A DNA stretch of 64,000 bases from Lophium mytilinum (Eukaryota). The stretch covers positions 806,001 through 870,000 of the forward strand of contig MU004181.1 of the NCBI GenBank assembly GCA_010093605.1, given 5' to 3'. Below are positions 1 through 10,509 of the stretch, piece after piece. The position numbers were made by a program, and so were the translations under genes. The notes beneath the pieces were generated by a model that was not told where the DNA came from, ran no database searches, and saw only the letters and a list, made by a program, of their open reading frames with translations. Every line of letters begins with the position of its first letter. The stretch's first letter is position 1.

Positions 1-927
1 TTGTTCAGCCTGTTGCTTGTCTTCCGCAAGCCATGGCAGAGTACGTCGCTTTGTCCGCGGCTTTTCCTCCTCTTTCACCACTGGCTGCGCTGGTATCCTC
101 CCTGGTTCAATATAGCCGAATTTGCGGATTTGGGCGACTTTTGGCGGCGTTTTGAAATGTTCCGCTGGAGATGATGACCATGGTAGCGGCAGGCTGCTAT
201 CTGGAACTTGCGGTGGGGATGACGGGATGGTGGGTAGTTCGGTGACGGGCAAGCGCTGGGGCGCTGGCTTAGTGACCGGATCTTTGGGTAGCGGATTGTG
301 AAAGGCTCCTGGCATTCGTCCTAACATCTGGGTCCCGTAACCAGAGTCCTGGCTGGTTCGCCTATTATGAGATGCCGCTGCGGCAGGGAGAGCTTTCGAG
401 TTCTGGAAAGCAGAAATGGTCGTTGAAGCATAGTTTGTCTTAGGTGGATCAGGGACCGTTGGGAGCTTGGGGTAGGTGACTGTGGCCTTCGTAGCAGGGT
501 TCTCCTCTTCTAGGTCAATCTCGCTATCGAAGTCATCCTCATCGAACTCAAAGCCCAGATCCTCGACTCCCATCTTCTTGGTCGGCGACTCGCGGATATA
601 CGTCGGATTGTGGTAAGAATTGCGCGGTGGCAACGTCGCGTTCTCGAAGTCGTTATCCTGGGCAATCAGCGCTTTTGCCAGTCCACTCGAATTCCGCTTG
701 CTCCCAATGGTCGGTGCCACGTTCCGTCCAAAGTCTGGTGCTTGACTCGGCCTCGTAATATTCCCTGTGCTAGTGTGAAGGGGGCGTGTTCCGTTGCGGG
801 GGATGTATTGTGGCGGGCTCATAGCATTCTGGATCGTTGGCGGGCTCGAAGAGAAGTGTTTGTCTATCTTGGTGATTTTTCGGGGCGGTTGGGAAGGTTT
901 ATGAGCAGCGACGGCTTGCTTGAACAT
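1..927 (-). CDS. 5' part of a protein running off the window edge; tentatively the N-terminus of a Pif1-family DNA helicase
   Basis: ATG at 927 (MFKQAVAAHKPSQPP...) is in frame with YIRESPTKKMGVEDLGFEFDEDDFDSEIDLEEE, and a KRRTLPW motif is encoded near the window start. This resembles my recollection of the disordered N-terminus of filamentous-fungal Pif1. No helicase core is visible in the window. Confidence 0.45.
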   Translation of the reverse strand, partial: MFKQAVAAHKPSQPPRKITKIDKHFSSSPPTIQNAMSPPQYIPRNGTRPLHTSTGNITRPSQAPDFGRNVAPTIGSKRNSSGLAKALIAQDNDFENATLPPRNSYHNPTYIRESPTKKMGVEDLGFEFDEDDFDSEIDLEEENPATKATVTYPKLPTVPDPPKTNYASTTISAFQNSKALPAAAASHNRRTSQDSGYGTQMLGRMPGAFHNPLPKDPVTKPAPQRLPVTELPTIPSSPPQVPDSSLPLPWSSSPAEHFKTPPKVAQIRKFGYIEPGRIPAQPVVKEEEKPRTKRRTLPWLAEDKQQAEQ

Positions 928-1109
928 GGTGGTGGTGGAGTGCCGGCGCGTAAGGAGTGGGGGGTGTGTTGGTGGAGAATTTGGCGTCCAGTGTTGTCGA
1001 GCGGCGGACCTTGTACCAGGCGATCGCAGCCAAGCGGTCAATTTAGTGAATGCGGAGAGCATACAGTATAAAAAGGAAAACACAATGAAACAGAGCAGGT
1101 AAAGGAAAA

Positions 1110-1215
1110 GCGAGTCGCGCGACGGCATCAAACGATGAAGTGCAGACGGCTTCGCGTCTGAGGGGGGAGACGCGATTGGGACGATCCACTTTCGCCGCCA
1201 AGAAGGTCGTCGCGC
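1110..1215 (-). promoter_or_regulatory. Cluster of CGCG-core (MCB/SCB-like) motifs upstream of the 1-927 gene
   Basis: GTCGCGCGAC (~1114), TTCGCGTC (~1151), GACGCGAT (~1169) and GTCGCGC (~1209) within 100 bp, about 190-290 bp upstream of the ATG. Confidence 0.3.
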
Positions 1216-1757
1216 TATGCTCGATTCAGTGCGCTATCAACGACGTCTAGCATTCACCAGAATCCAATTTGGAGCAGTAGTCTCTAAACACTAGTTAATT
1301 AACACTGCCTTTAATGCGTGGATCTGTATCTAGATGAGCCTATCTATGCTAAGCGCCCGCGACAATATACACCCCTCCAAAGTGCCAAGTTAACAAGAGT
1401 TTCAGGTTGGGAGGGTTTTGGGCATAGCCACAACTCCGCCCTCCGTGCCTCACAACCACCGCTCAGTCCTTTTGCATAAGTATAGGTTCAACTCTCTTCT
1501 ATAAATCAAATCTCTCGATCATTCAACTTCATGTCCTTTCATCCCAGAGAGTAAAACGAAACTGCGCTGCCTTCATCGCGCATCAGTCTTTCGCTGCTTG
1601 CATCCCATCTTATTTTCGCAAAGAAGTTTTAATAAGCTACAACCATTGAGAACCAGCTGCTCAATCACTCATCACCTGCTGTAAACCAAGCTCGCACACC
1701 TGGAAATATATAGAAAAAGCGTTTATACATACCATCCGTCACGCGGTTGCAGCACAA

Positions 1758-3275
1758 ATGGCCTCACCAGTCGAAGTATCATGGACCACTGTCCTCCTTG
1801 CTCTCCTGCCCGCTGTGATCACCGGCATCACCCGTCCCTCCGGCCGCATTTGCCGCATGTATCCAAGTTCTAGCGTCTATCTCCGCATCTTCCCCGTGCT
1901 TTCTGCCCTGGACGCCCTATCAAGCCTGCTTATAATCTCAAGCTGGGCAGTCTACAAACAGTACCGCTGTAGTCTGCTATTCGCCTTCCGGGGGCGCTTC
2001 GATGGCACTGATTGGGGCTCCTGGCGATGGCAAGAGAAGCTCGTTATTCCGAGGTGTCTATTCTTCCTGGTGGCGACGCTGCCTCAATTTGTGAAGCTAT
2101 TAACATTTCCCGGGGTCCTATGGGCGAAGGCAATAGCCACGTGCTTCGTGCTCTCCTTCCTCGTGGCCGAGACTCTTTTCGCGTGTCGGGTCATGCAGAT
2201 TCCAGACTTCGAAGCCGACGTCGAAGCCTGTAAAGTTTCGACCGACGCCGCCAAGCTTAAAGAAAATGATGCCAGCAAACCCGACAGAGTCTTCGGCAAC
2301 TTCTTCAAATACATCGAGCTGTCCGCCAGAGAACTCAGCCAACCTGCTTCCTCTCCTCCTGAACCATCCACGAACCGGGGGCCCTTCGTGCCGGAATGCA
2401 AAGGTGCCCACCCTCGGTGTTACATCAGCATGCGCATATCCAGCGCTGCCTACCATATCTGGATCCCAGCCTTCTTTTTCCAGGCCATGCAAATATCCTG
2501 GCACTTCCACGTCCTCGTGCACCCCTACCTTCACATCCTCGCCTCTTCGCTCTGCAAATATTCTATCGTTTTCACCCCCATGGTCGTCTTGAGCATGGTC
2601 GATTCCATGGTCACCGTCTTCTTAGCTCTCATTGCCTTGCTCCTCGGCTGCAACATACTCATAGTACGACTCTCCCGCTACTTCAACTTCGAACTGCGTG
2701 CCAGCATCGACGCCATGAACCCTGTACTAGGAGCCATGTGCGAGCTTGTGCGACTTGCAGTACTGACAGCGCCATTTATACTGCTATATGGACCTGTTAT
2801 CAAACCGATATATGATTGGTATCTGGGATTTTTGGACTCAACGCGGGGAGTTTGTACAACGACCTCAGTTGGGATGGTAGAGTGGAGTATTTTCACGGTG
2901 TACTTGCTATACGTGTGTTTGTATATCCGCGCTCTTTATCGGCACAATCATCCGGTTGAAAAGACAGCTGATGGAAAAGCCACTGATGGAGAAGCTGCTG
3001 ATGGAGAGGCTGCTGATGGAAAGACTTCTGAAGAAGAAGCTGCCGATGATAAGGGTCCTGATAAAAGGGCTACTGACGGAACGACTGCTGATGGAAAGGC
3101 GGTTGACGGAAAAGCTGCTTACGTAAACGTTCATGATGAAGCATTTGCCGGCCGGGAAGAGGGTGGTCGCATTGACGGTGGTAGAGACATCGAAGGCGAG
3201 ACATTGGAAGATAAGGATGAGGATCTTGGGCTGTCGGTTTCTGTTCAATCACCGGTGCTACCGCATACAAGCTGA
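1758..3275 (+). CDS. Hypothetical multi-pass membrane protein with an acidic repetitive C-terminal tail
   Basis: 505-aa ORF with good ATG context (CACAAATGG), several hydrophobic segments and (A/T)DG(K/E)A repeats; the true 3' end is uncertain. Confidence 0.65.
   Translation: MASPVEVSWTTVLLALLPAVITGITRPSGRICRMYPSSSVYLRIFPVLSALDALSSLLIISSWAVYKQYRCSLLFAFRGRFDGTDWGSWRWQEKLVIPRCLFFLVATLPQFVKLLTFPGVLWAKAIATCFVLSFLVAETLFACRVMQIPDFEADVEACKVSTDAAKLKENDASKPDRVFGNFFKYIELSARELSQPASSPPEPSTNRGPFVPECKGAHPRCYISMRISSAAYHIWIPAFFFQAMQISWHFHVLVHPYLHILASSLCKYSIVFTPMVVLSMVDSMVTVFLALIALLLGCNILIVRLSRYFNFELRASIDAMNPVLGAMCELVRLAVLTAPFILLYGPVIKPIYDWYLGFLDSTRGVCTTTSVGMVEWSIFTVYLLYVCLYIRALYRHNHPVEKTADGKATDGEAADGEAADGKTSEEEAADDKGPDKRATDGTTADGKAVDGKAAYVNVHDEAFAGREEGGRIDGGRDIEGETLEDKDEDLGLSVSVQSPVLPHTS
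2966..3117 (+). repeat. Coding 15-bp tandem repeat (ADGKA/TDGEA pentapeptides)
   Basis: Repeated GCTGATGGA(A/G)A(A/G)GC units. Confidence 0.75.
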
Positions 3276-5211
3276 TAGAGAGAAGGGCACCCACGGCGTT
3301 CCTTGCTCGCGACAGATACATGCAATATAAACAGCAACTATCACTGTTCTTGAAATGTATGCCTTGACAGCTGATACTAACCCAATGGATACTGCCGTAT
3401 GTCAGTCGCTTTGAATAACGATCAATGCAGGTATAGTGCGGCGGATGGGTCCGAACACGTCCTCTATCCATCTCACGTGTGAGCTTACCAATCTTTCATC
3501 CACGACTATAAGAGCTTTCCCTGCTTGCCTTTTGTTCTCCAGGAAAGTCCACCCTTCAACTCGGTACAAAATCGAGGAACCAATTCCTCATGGAAATCGG
3601 GGGCATTGGGGCTTGAGTTTCAAACAGTGTCGACAGATGGCATCAATGCAGTACATGTGTTCGCGCATCCTCAATGTGGAGGAGTAAAGCTCGATCTTGC
3701 AACAAAGGACCGCGGTACGGATTATGGTGGAGTGTGAAATGTGTGGGGCCGAGTTAGCGGTTGATGATGAAGAAAGTCGAAATTTTGAAATATAGGTAGG
3801 AGGCAGCACCGTTCGAAGATCTTGATAATACAAATCTTTCAATGCGTTACGGCAAGCCACGGTGAGACGAGATAATAAGGGATATTGCCGATGTCTAGCA
3901 CCTCCTAAAGACGATGAGCATCGAACCAAACTCGAGACCGCAACATACCCGCTCCAGTCCATCAGCAGCTTGCGGATGAGTCGTTGAACTTCATCCCAAA
4001 TTGCAGCGACTCCATTCTTAACGATATCAAGATCGTTTTGATCCCTACCCCAATCTCCCACCGCCACATCAGAAGTCTCCACCTCGATGTTAATCCAACA
4101 ACATTGCTCGACTAGTCGCACTGGTTTACTCCCCCACAGCAACATGCAAGACCGCAAGGAGCGTATCCTTTTCTCGCGAGTGGAAGGTTTTATTACCCCA
4201 TCTTGCACCCCTACCACATGAACTCCCACCACTCCCTTGACTCGGCGCGAAGGCTCGACGGCGAGGACTCGATCACGAGACTGAGCCCAGCCCACGTGCA
4301 ACCAACGTGACAAACCTTGCTGAAGGATATGAAACCTTCTGCCTTGCCTTCAGTTGAAGACATGAAGGAGAAAGCAGTGCACTTGGGGTTCTCTGGCTTG
4401 TGTGAATTCTCTGACTTGTGTGAAAGATGTGCACATGGATCCTGGTGGTGTGTGGTAGAGGGGATCAAATGATTCTCACTCGAGCTTCATGGTGTCTGCA
4501 AACTCGGGGTGAGTGTATGGATTAGGGCAAACGTGTGAATGTGATCGGTGATGCTGTTAAGCAAGGGAATAAAACGATGGAGGATATGGGTATCTCAGTT
4601 TGAAAAGAGATGGCAGGTAAATCGTAGAGATGAGGCTTTATGTATCGTGAGTACAGGTCGGAGGCACTCACCATCACTACTATCAACTTCAGCGACTCGT
4701 TCAAGTTCTCGCGCCAAGATGGTTTTGATCCCACCCAGCCAACCACCACCACATGAAAATATTGTGCCTAATTCACCCCCCTGAGCAGAAGATTCCAAAT
4801 TCGTCTCAAACTTGATTGAACAATGCCATTCTAGTCATGTCGCATCATCAGTACGCTCGAGAACATGAAAGTGCCTTAGCATTTCATAGCTGTTATGAAT
4901 GAGATGCAGAAGCTGTAGGGCGTACTTTCGATATGTGATAAATCTCGGGCCGTGCGTTTCTCCGACGCCTAACCCGATTCAATCAGCGAATCAATTCACC
5001 TCAGAGAAACGACCTGTCCGACTGAGCACTCTCTGCGCGGCTAGCAATCGGAATCTGCTGCGGACTTTTAGTACATCCAATTAATACGACGAGGGAAACG
5101 CTGCTCGAAACGCGACAGGACAACCGCGGGCTTGTGCATCTTGCTCCTCCAGCCCCATCAGTTATCCGCCTTGCATGCGGCGCTGCTAGCTGTGCCGAGT
5201 CCGCCACAACG

Positions 5212-6079
5212 ATGAATAACTTCCCGTCCTTCCTCGACACCTCCCAGGGAGTGGGCCCCAACGTCCCCCGCCAGGCTCCCTCACCCAGCTCCGCTTCCCA
5301 CCAAACCAACGGTATCGGCGGTATCAACAACAACATACCAATGGTGAACGGAATGCCGAGTGGCGGTCAGCAGACCGACATGAACCACCTGTGGGGCATC
5401 GTACAACAGCTCAGCGAGGTGCTGGCAGAGAACAGAGCGCAGACGGCGGGGATCGTGAACGGAGTGCAGCAGCTGCAATCGCGAGCGGCGCAAGACGGGG
5501 TATCGCCGACCATTGCGCAGGTCAATGGAGAACTGAATAGTATGCGCTCGACATCTCCGTTGAACTCGTACCGGACTGAGGACTGACGAGATATTTGTAG
5601 CAAATCGTGCTGCCGAGATCACAGCACTCCGCACCGAACTCAACGCAACCCAATCAGCACTCCAGGCCTCGTCCTCGCAAGCATCGTCTATGCGCGGCCT
5701 CCTCCTTGACTACGAAAACGCGCTTACTTTGGTGCTCGATAAGCTGCGCCCCTACGCGTATAACCACACCCAAGCCACCCTGGCACTCCATAAGCATTAC
5801 CAGCACCTGCTCGAGCAGGAGCGCGCTACAAGCCTAGAATTACGGCTGGAGCATGCGGAGTGGCAGGCTGGACTGGGACGGGTGGCAGATTATGCGCGGT
5901 TGGCTCTCAAGGCACAGAACCAAGGCGATTTGCCAGCAGCGAGGAAGATACAAGACCTGAAGGCTGAAAATCGGGTATTGCGGCGGCTAGCCGGCTGGGG
6001 AGATGCGAGTGATAGTGAGGAAGAAGAAGGAGAAGCGAGGGGACTTGGGCCGAGTCCCATGCCCTCGCAGCAAAGTTAG
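5212..6079 (+). CDS. Conserved coiled-coil protein, possibly a SIKE/SCI1-like STRIPAK subunit (2 exons)
   Basis: Exon 1 5212-5539, intron 5540-5600 (GTATGC..CTGAC..TAG), exon 2 5601-6079. Heptad-rich segments MNHLWGIVQQLSEVLAENR and DYENALTLVLDKLRPYA. The family call is inference. Confidence 0.55.
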
Positions 6080-7097
6080 GAGGTTTGGGGCACTTTAGCA
6101 AGCTGTGGGTGTGAACATTCATGCATAGCGCGGCGTTTTTGGGTGGATGGGTGATCTTATATGGATCGGGTGTTCTTCAAGTAGGTATTATGACATTAGG
6201 TCGAAAAGAAGCTGATAAGTGACCCCGTGGAGGGTGTGTAGTGCTAGTCTCTTCAGACGAATTGAAATCTATCTGGGCACAATGGTTCACCACTGCTTGG
6301 TGTACCCCCACAAGATTTCCAAGATCCAGCGGCCATGTCGAGGCTCAAGCATTACAGAGTAGACTACCTGTTGACTATCTGGTTGTTCAGCCACCAGGCT
6401 ACCTCCGACAGTGGTGTCGAGTGAGCAAGTTGAAGCTAAGCAGCAACAAATTCATGTGCCCAGACTTATGGCCCAGTACTGTACTTAACGGACATGACTA
6501 CTCGGGCGTCACTTCTGCTCGCTCGATTCCACTGTGAGGAGCTGCCCGACTCGCACGTTGTCAATCGATCAAAAGTTAAACTGCTTTCCACTGCATTGAT
6601 CTTCACATCGCATCTAAAATTTTGAAATCCATGGGGGTATCCTTAGCAGCGGTAAGAGGTAATTAAATACTTTTCCCATTGAGGTTGTTCCGTATGGCTC
6701 TGATGTTGCTTTCGTTGTAAGGAACAAATGATCTCTTTTATCACGGTACCGTGGTTTGGAGGTCCGCTCTGCGTTCTCATTGATTCTCCCAACTTTGGTT
6801 GACTGGACGCTTTGGGTTGCGCTCTGATGTGGGTCGCGCTCTGATATCGCTCTGATGATACAGAAGTATAAGTATTCGGCCCCCCGCCTCTTCGCTGTCT
6901 ACTACACCCACCTGCTCAATACTACCTCTTTGGCCGCTTCTTCCGCTATAGCAGAAAAAAACGGGACCGCTTCGTTACTTTTCGACGCCTTCTTCCGCAC
7001 CAGCAGCAAAGAACAAGCTACCTTCACGACCTCGTGTCTCGTCAAGCCCCGCCTCCTTCCCTTTTTCTTTACTTACTAGCACCTACCAACATCAACA

Positions 7098-9059
7098 ATG
7101 GAAGGTTTTGACTACGGTTCGTACCCCGCCGCTCCCGCATCTGGCAATACTTCTCGCCGTGGTAGACGCCGTGGCCACGTTGATCACTTCCGGCAGCAAG
7201 CCCTCGCGCCTGCTAGCCAAAGTACCCCTTCCGATTTGGACGGCGGAATGTGGATGCCCAATCAGCTTCCATCAGCCTGGTCTATGCCAGCCTCTCCGGG
7301 GTTGGAACATCGTCCTTTTCCCGAAGGACAGCAACAAGGGCAGCATCACGCCCCGCAGCCCTTGCCATACGGTGAGATTCTAGCGTACGGTCCAACTCTT
7401 TCTCACCCTTTGGGACCATTAGTCCCTTTTCACCATCTTCAAGAACAAGGGCGGCAAGTGTATGCGCAGCCCTCGTCACACGTCGGGTTACCAATGTACA
7501 GTCGCCCGCTTTCTCAGTCTTTGGGAGTACCAGTGCATCTTGTACCTTTTCAAGAACAGCGACAAGGGCCAGCATATCAGCCCCTGGAGCACTACGCTGC
7601 GTATCAACCTCCCCAGCCAGGCCCACCCAGAGGCCAAAACCAGCAACAAAGGCGCCCGCGTCCCCAATACGACCAGGGCAATGCGTTCAACTATCTTCCG
7701 CCACAAGGTCAATACGAACAGCAGCAAGGGTACACCCAGAGAGGGTTCCCTAATTATATTCCCACAGACCAGGCAGGCTACCTTACACCACAGCAGCAAT
7801 TGCAAGGAGGGTTCCCTATTCTGGCACCTAATCAAGAAGTAGGGCCGTTAGGGTATAATCAACATTTCTACCGCGACCAAGGCGCCTTAGTCCAGGCAGA
7901 GGCCCCTTTGCTGCAAAATGAATACCACGGAGAGCGCGGTCTACTGGCACAAAGTCAAGTTGAAGGGCAGCAGGGCTATGCCCAACCGGCCTCCCAAAAC
8001 AAGCACTCCGAGGGTCATGCAGTTCACCATTTACCGGCACAACTTCCAGAACAAGGGGTGCCCGAGGCTTTCAACCTCAACACCACGTTGTTAGATGTCG
8101 TCGCGAATATAGATCTAACAAAAGACGACGTAGACGCCCGTACTCTGTACTTCAGTGTCTTCAACCCAGGCTTCCTAGTCCAGGGAGTCGCCCCTCTTGG
8201 GGGACAATATCAAGAACAAGGACCGCAAGGGCTCGTGCCGCCGACCCCCCAACTTGCGCACTACCCGGGGTCTATAGAGGTTGATACGGATGCTACGGTG
8301 GACTATGGTTTTGGCCCTATCCATCGCGCCGTTGATCTAGGTTTTGCCATAGGCTTGCCTAATCTAGAACAAGTTGAGGAAGAAGTGGAACAAACGACCA
8401 CACAGGGTGAGCCCCAACTGGCGTCCTCCGAGGATCAGGCAGCGAATTTTCTTTCTCCACAAGATGGAGAAGAAGGACACCTTTTGAACCCCGAGCCCAC
8501 TTACTTTGAAGACGCCATGGACACAGATCAAGTGGAAGATCCAACAAAAGCTGACACTGAAGGTGACCTTGATTCGCTTTTCAATAGCAGTCCGGCACCA
8601 CAAGATGCGGAAGAACGGCAGCAAGTAACTGCACAAAGCGGCCCTCAAAATGGCGGCCACGCACAGGACGCCATGAACACCACTCAGGCGGAAGATTCAA
8701 CAATCTTCTCTCTTCCCGCTCCGGTCAGGAACAGTAACATTCCTCAAGACCAAGCCTTAGAGGACCCGTCGGCCGCCCCTCTCCCCCCTCCACAAATTGG
8801 AGAACAACACGTAAATCCACAAGTAGTCCCCCAAAATAACCACGCAGCGCAGGTCATAGCGCCCACTTTGGTTAGATTTACTCCTCCGGGTCTCTCTGAT
8901 GTAGACCTTTGGGATTATGGCTTGGTAGACCATGAAATTGGTGGCTGGGACCTCATGGAGGCCGACAACGTCGAAGATTTTCTTGATTTGGATAGGTTTG
9001 ATGGTCCATCCCTCAATCCCCCTCTTCGGGACCTGGATATCTTGGAAGACCAATGGTAG
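7098..9059 (+). CDS. Orphan low-complexity protein (Q/P/G/Y-rich N-terminal half, acidic C-terminus)
   Basis: Single 653-aa ORF, CAACAATGG start context, TATA-like motif (~6878), internal repeats; no recognisable domain. Confidence 0.65.
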   Translation: MEGFDYGSYPAAPASGNTSRRGRRRGHVDHFRQQALAPASQSTPSDLDGGMWMPNQLPSAWSMPASPGLEHRPFPEGQQQGQHHAPQPLPYGEILAYGPTLSHPLGPLVPFHHLQEQGRQVYAQPSSHVGLPMYSRPLSQSLGVPVHLVPFQEQRQGPAYQPLEHYAAYQPPQPGPPRGQNQQQRRPRPQYDQGNAFNYLPPQGQYEQQQGYTQRGFPNYIPTDQAGYLTPQQQLQGGFPILAPNQEVGPLGYNQHFYRDQGALVQAEAPLLQNEYHGERGLLAQSQVEGQQGYAQPASQNKHSEGHAVHHLPAQLPEQGVPEAFNLNTTLLDVVANIDLTKDDVDARTLYFSVFNPGFLVQGVAPLGGQYQEQGPQGLVPPTPQLAHYPGSIEVDTDATVDYGFGPIHRAVDLGFAIGLPNLEQVEEEVEQTTTQGEPQLASSEDQAANFLSPQDGEEGHLLNPEPTYFEDAMDTDQVEDPTKADTEGDLDSLFNSSPAPQDAEERQQVTAQSGPQNGGHAQDAMNTTQAEDSTIFSLPAPVRNSNIPQDQALEDPSAAPLPPPQIGEQHVNPQVVPQNNHAAQVIAPTLVRFTPPGLSDVDLWDYGLVDHEIGGWDLMEADNVEDFLDLDRFDGPSLNPPLRDLDILEDQW

Positions 9060-9071
9060 GCTGTAAATATA

Positions 9072-9371
9072 GGCACCCGGATATCATCACTGCTCGATTC
9101 CGGCCTTGCGCACTGGACACCACTGTGAGGAGCAGCCCAGATGGTTAATAGCTCGTGACTCAAGGAGTAGTCTGGTTTGCGTTGCTCAGAACTTGACATC
9201 GCATTGGGAGGCCATAAGTCTGGGCACTCGGATATCAGCACTGCTCGGATCTAGTCTTGCTCACGGGACACCACTGTGACGAGCAGCCTAGATGGTTAGT
9301 AGCTGATGAGCCAAGGAGTAGTCTAATTTGCAGTGCTCAAAATTAACATCGCATTGAGACTTTCAAGTCTC
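9072..9371. repeat. Tandem duplication of a ~151-bp unit (2 copies; related partial copies at ~6500 and ~11030)
   Basis: GGCACCCGGATATCATCACTGCTCG..GACACCACTGTGAGGAGCAGCCCAGATGGTTA..CAAGGAGTAGTCT at 9072 versus GGCACTCGGATATCAGCACTGCTCG..GACACCACTGTGACGAGCAGCCTAGATGGTTA..CAAGGAGTAGTCT at 9223. Confidence 0.85.
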
Positions 9372-9600
9372 ATAAGGGATACCCCGAGAAGTAGTAAACG
9401 GGTGTGTGTAAAAATAGGGCCTGTTACTATCTCTATTGCAAGACAAGAAGCTCCAGAAGGCCCCTCGGCGGCAGCCCTTCTTCCTTTAAAAGAAGGCCAG
9501 CACGTAGTCACAGAAACATAGCCTGAGGGGGCGGTAACCTATCATGCCGCCCTTCTCCATCAATAGGAACACCGAGAAGAAAGAGACCATTAAAACCATC

Positions 9601-9690
9601 GAGAAGAAGGAGAAGAAGGAGAAGAAGGAGAAGAAGGAGAAGAAGGAGAAGAAGGAGAAGAAGGAGAAGAAGGAGAAGAAGGAGAAGAAG
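9601..9690. repeat. (GAGAAGAAG)10 perfect 9-bp tandem repeat
   Basis: Directly visible. Confidence 0.95.
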
Positions 9691-9899
9691 ATGTCGCTAC
9701 CGTTCACTCTCCCTACCCTAAGACCATGGATTGGTAATTCCAGGAGATCCGACGATGTTTTGAACACGGGGTAGCGGCGTCTGAGTGCTCTCAGCCTAGA
9801 AATCGAGAACTACACGGGATGTCAAAGTTGCGAGTGCGTGAATTGGAGCTGGATTTGCTTTGTAGAGTTCGATCATGCGAGATGCCCCTAAAGTGTGGA

Positions 9900-10500
9900 G
9901 CACAAAAACACCATCGATGTCACATCTCTGTGAGCACAGGAACTTTTGTGAAGCACCCCCGGCAATCGAGCACGAAGTAGTCATAGATGTCAGATCCTAA
10001 GGCTTTTAAATTGGACGTTCGATGTCAAATCTCTGCCAGTACAGGAAAAACTGCGAAGCACGCCTGGGGTATCGAGCAAGAGATAGTTACCAACGTCCGA
10101 CTTTGAAGCTCCTAAATCGCGAGCCTAGATTTCAGTACTGCACACATAGGCAATGCTGCAAGACACCCCGATAGTAATTAGCACAAGAAAATTCTAAGTG
10201 TCAAATTACAAATCCCCTAAATCGCACATGTCATTAAAAAATTCTGCTCACTCAGGAAACTCCTCAAGACACCCTAGGCCTATCGGACTTCACGCGATCA
10301 AGCATGTCAAATTTCAAAGCTCCTAGATTGCATGGGCGAACTTGCAATCCCGCACACATCGGAAAGATAGTAAGACACGCCAAAGCTATCGAATCTAAAC
10401 CGTCAAGAATGTCAAAGTCCAGAGCTTTCGAATCGAATGTCTGAATTTTTCAACCTGCACACCTAGGCAATAATGCAAGACACCCCAGGACTATCTATAA
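9900..10500. repeat. Degenerate tandem array, ~105-bp period, ~6 units
   Basis: Anchor AAG(A)CAC(C/G)CC recurs at 9951, 10056, 10160, 10266, 10372 and 10477; TGTCAAA and CCTAAAT motifs also recur. Confidence 0.75.
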
Positions 10501-10509
10501 TTTTACCAC

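Noticed and set aside
3588..4470. 241-aa minus-strand ORF or a decayed plus-strand gene
   Set aside because: No recognisable motif, and the plus-strand reading is interrupted by stops; no call is supportable
9486..9774. ORFs with (KKE)n or (FFS)n tracts
   Set aside because: By-products of the 9-bp tandem repeat; no other coding evidence
9900..10500. CRISPR-like array
   Set aside because: Eukaryotic context, no identical repeats with unique spacers, no cas genes; whole units are degenerate copies
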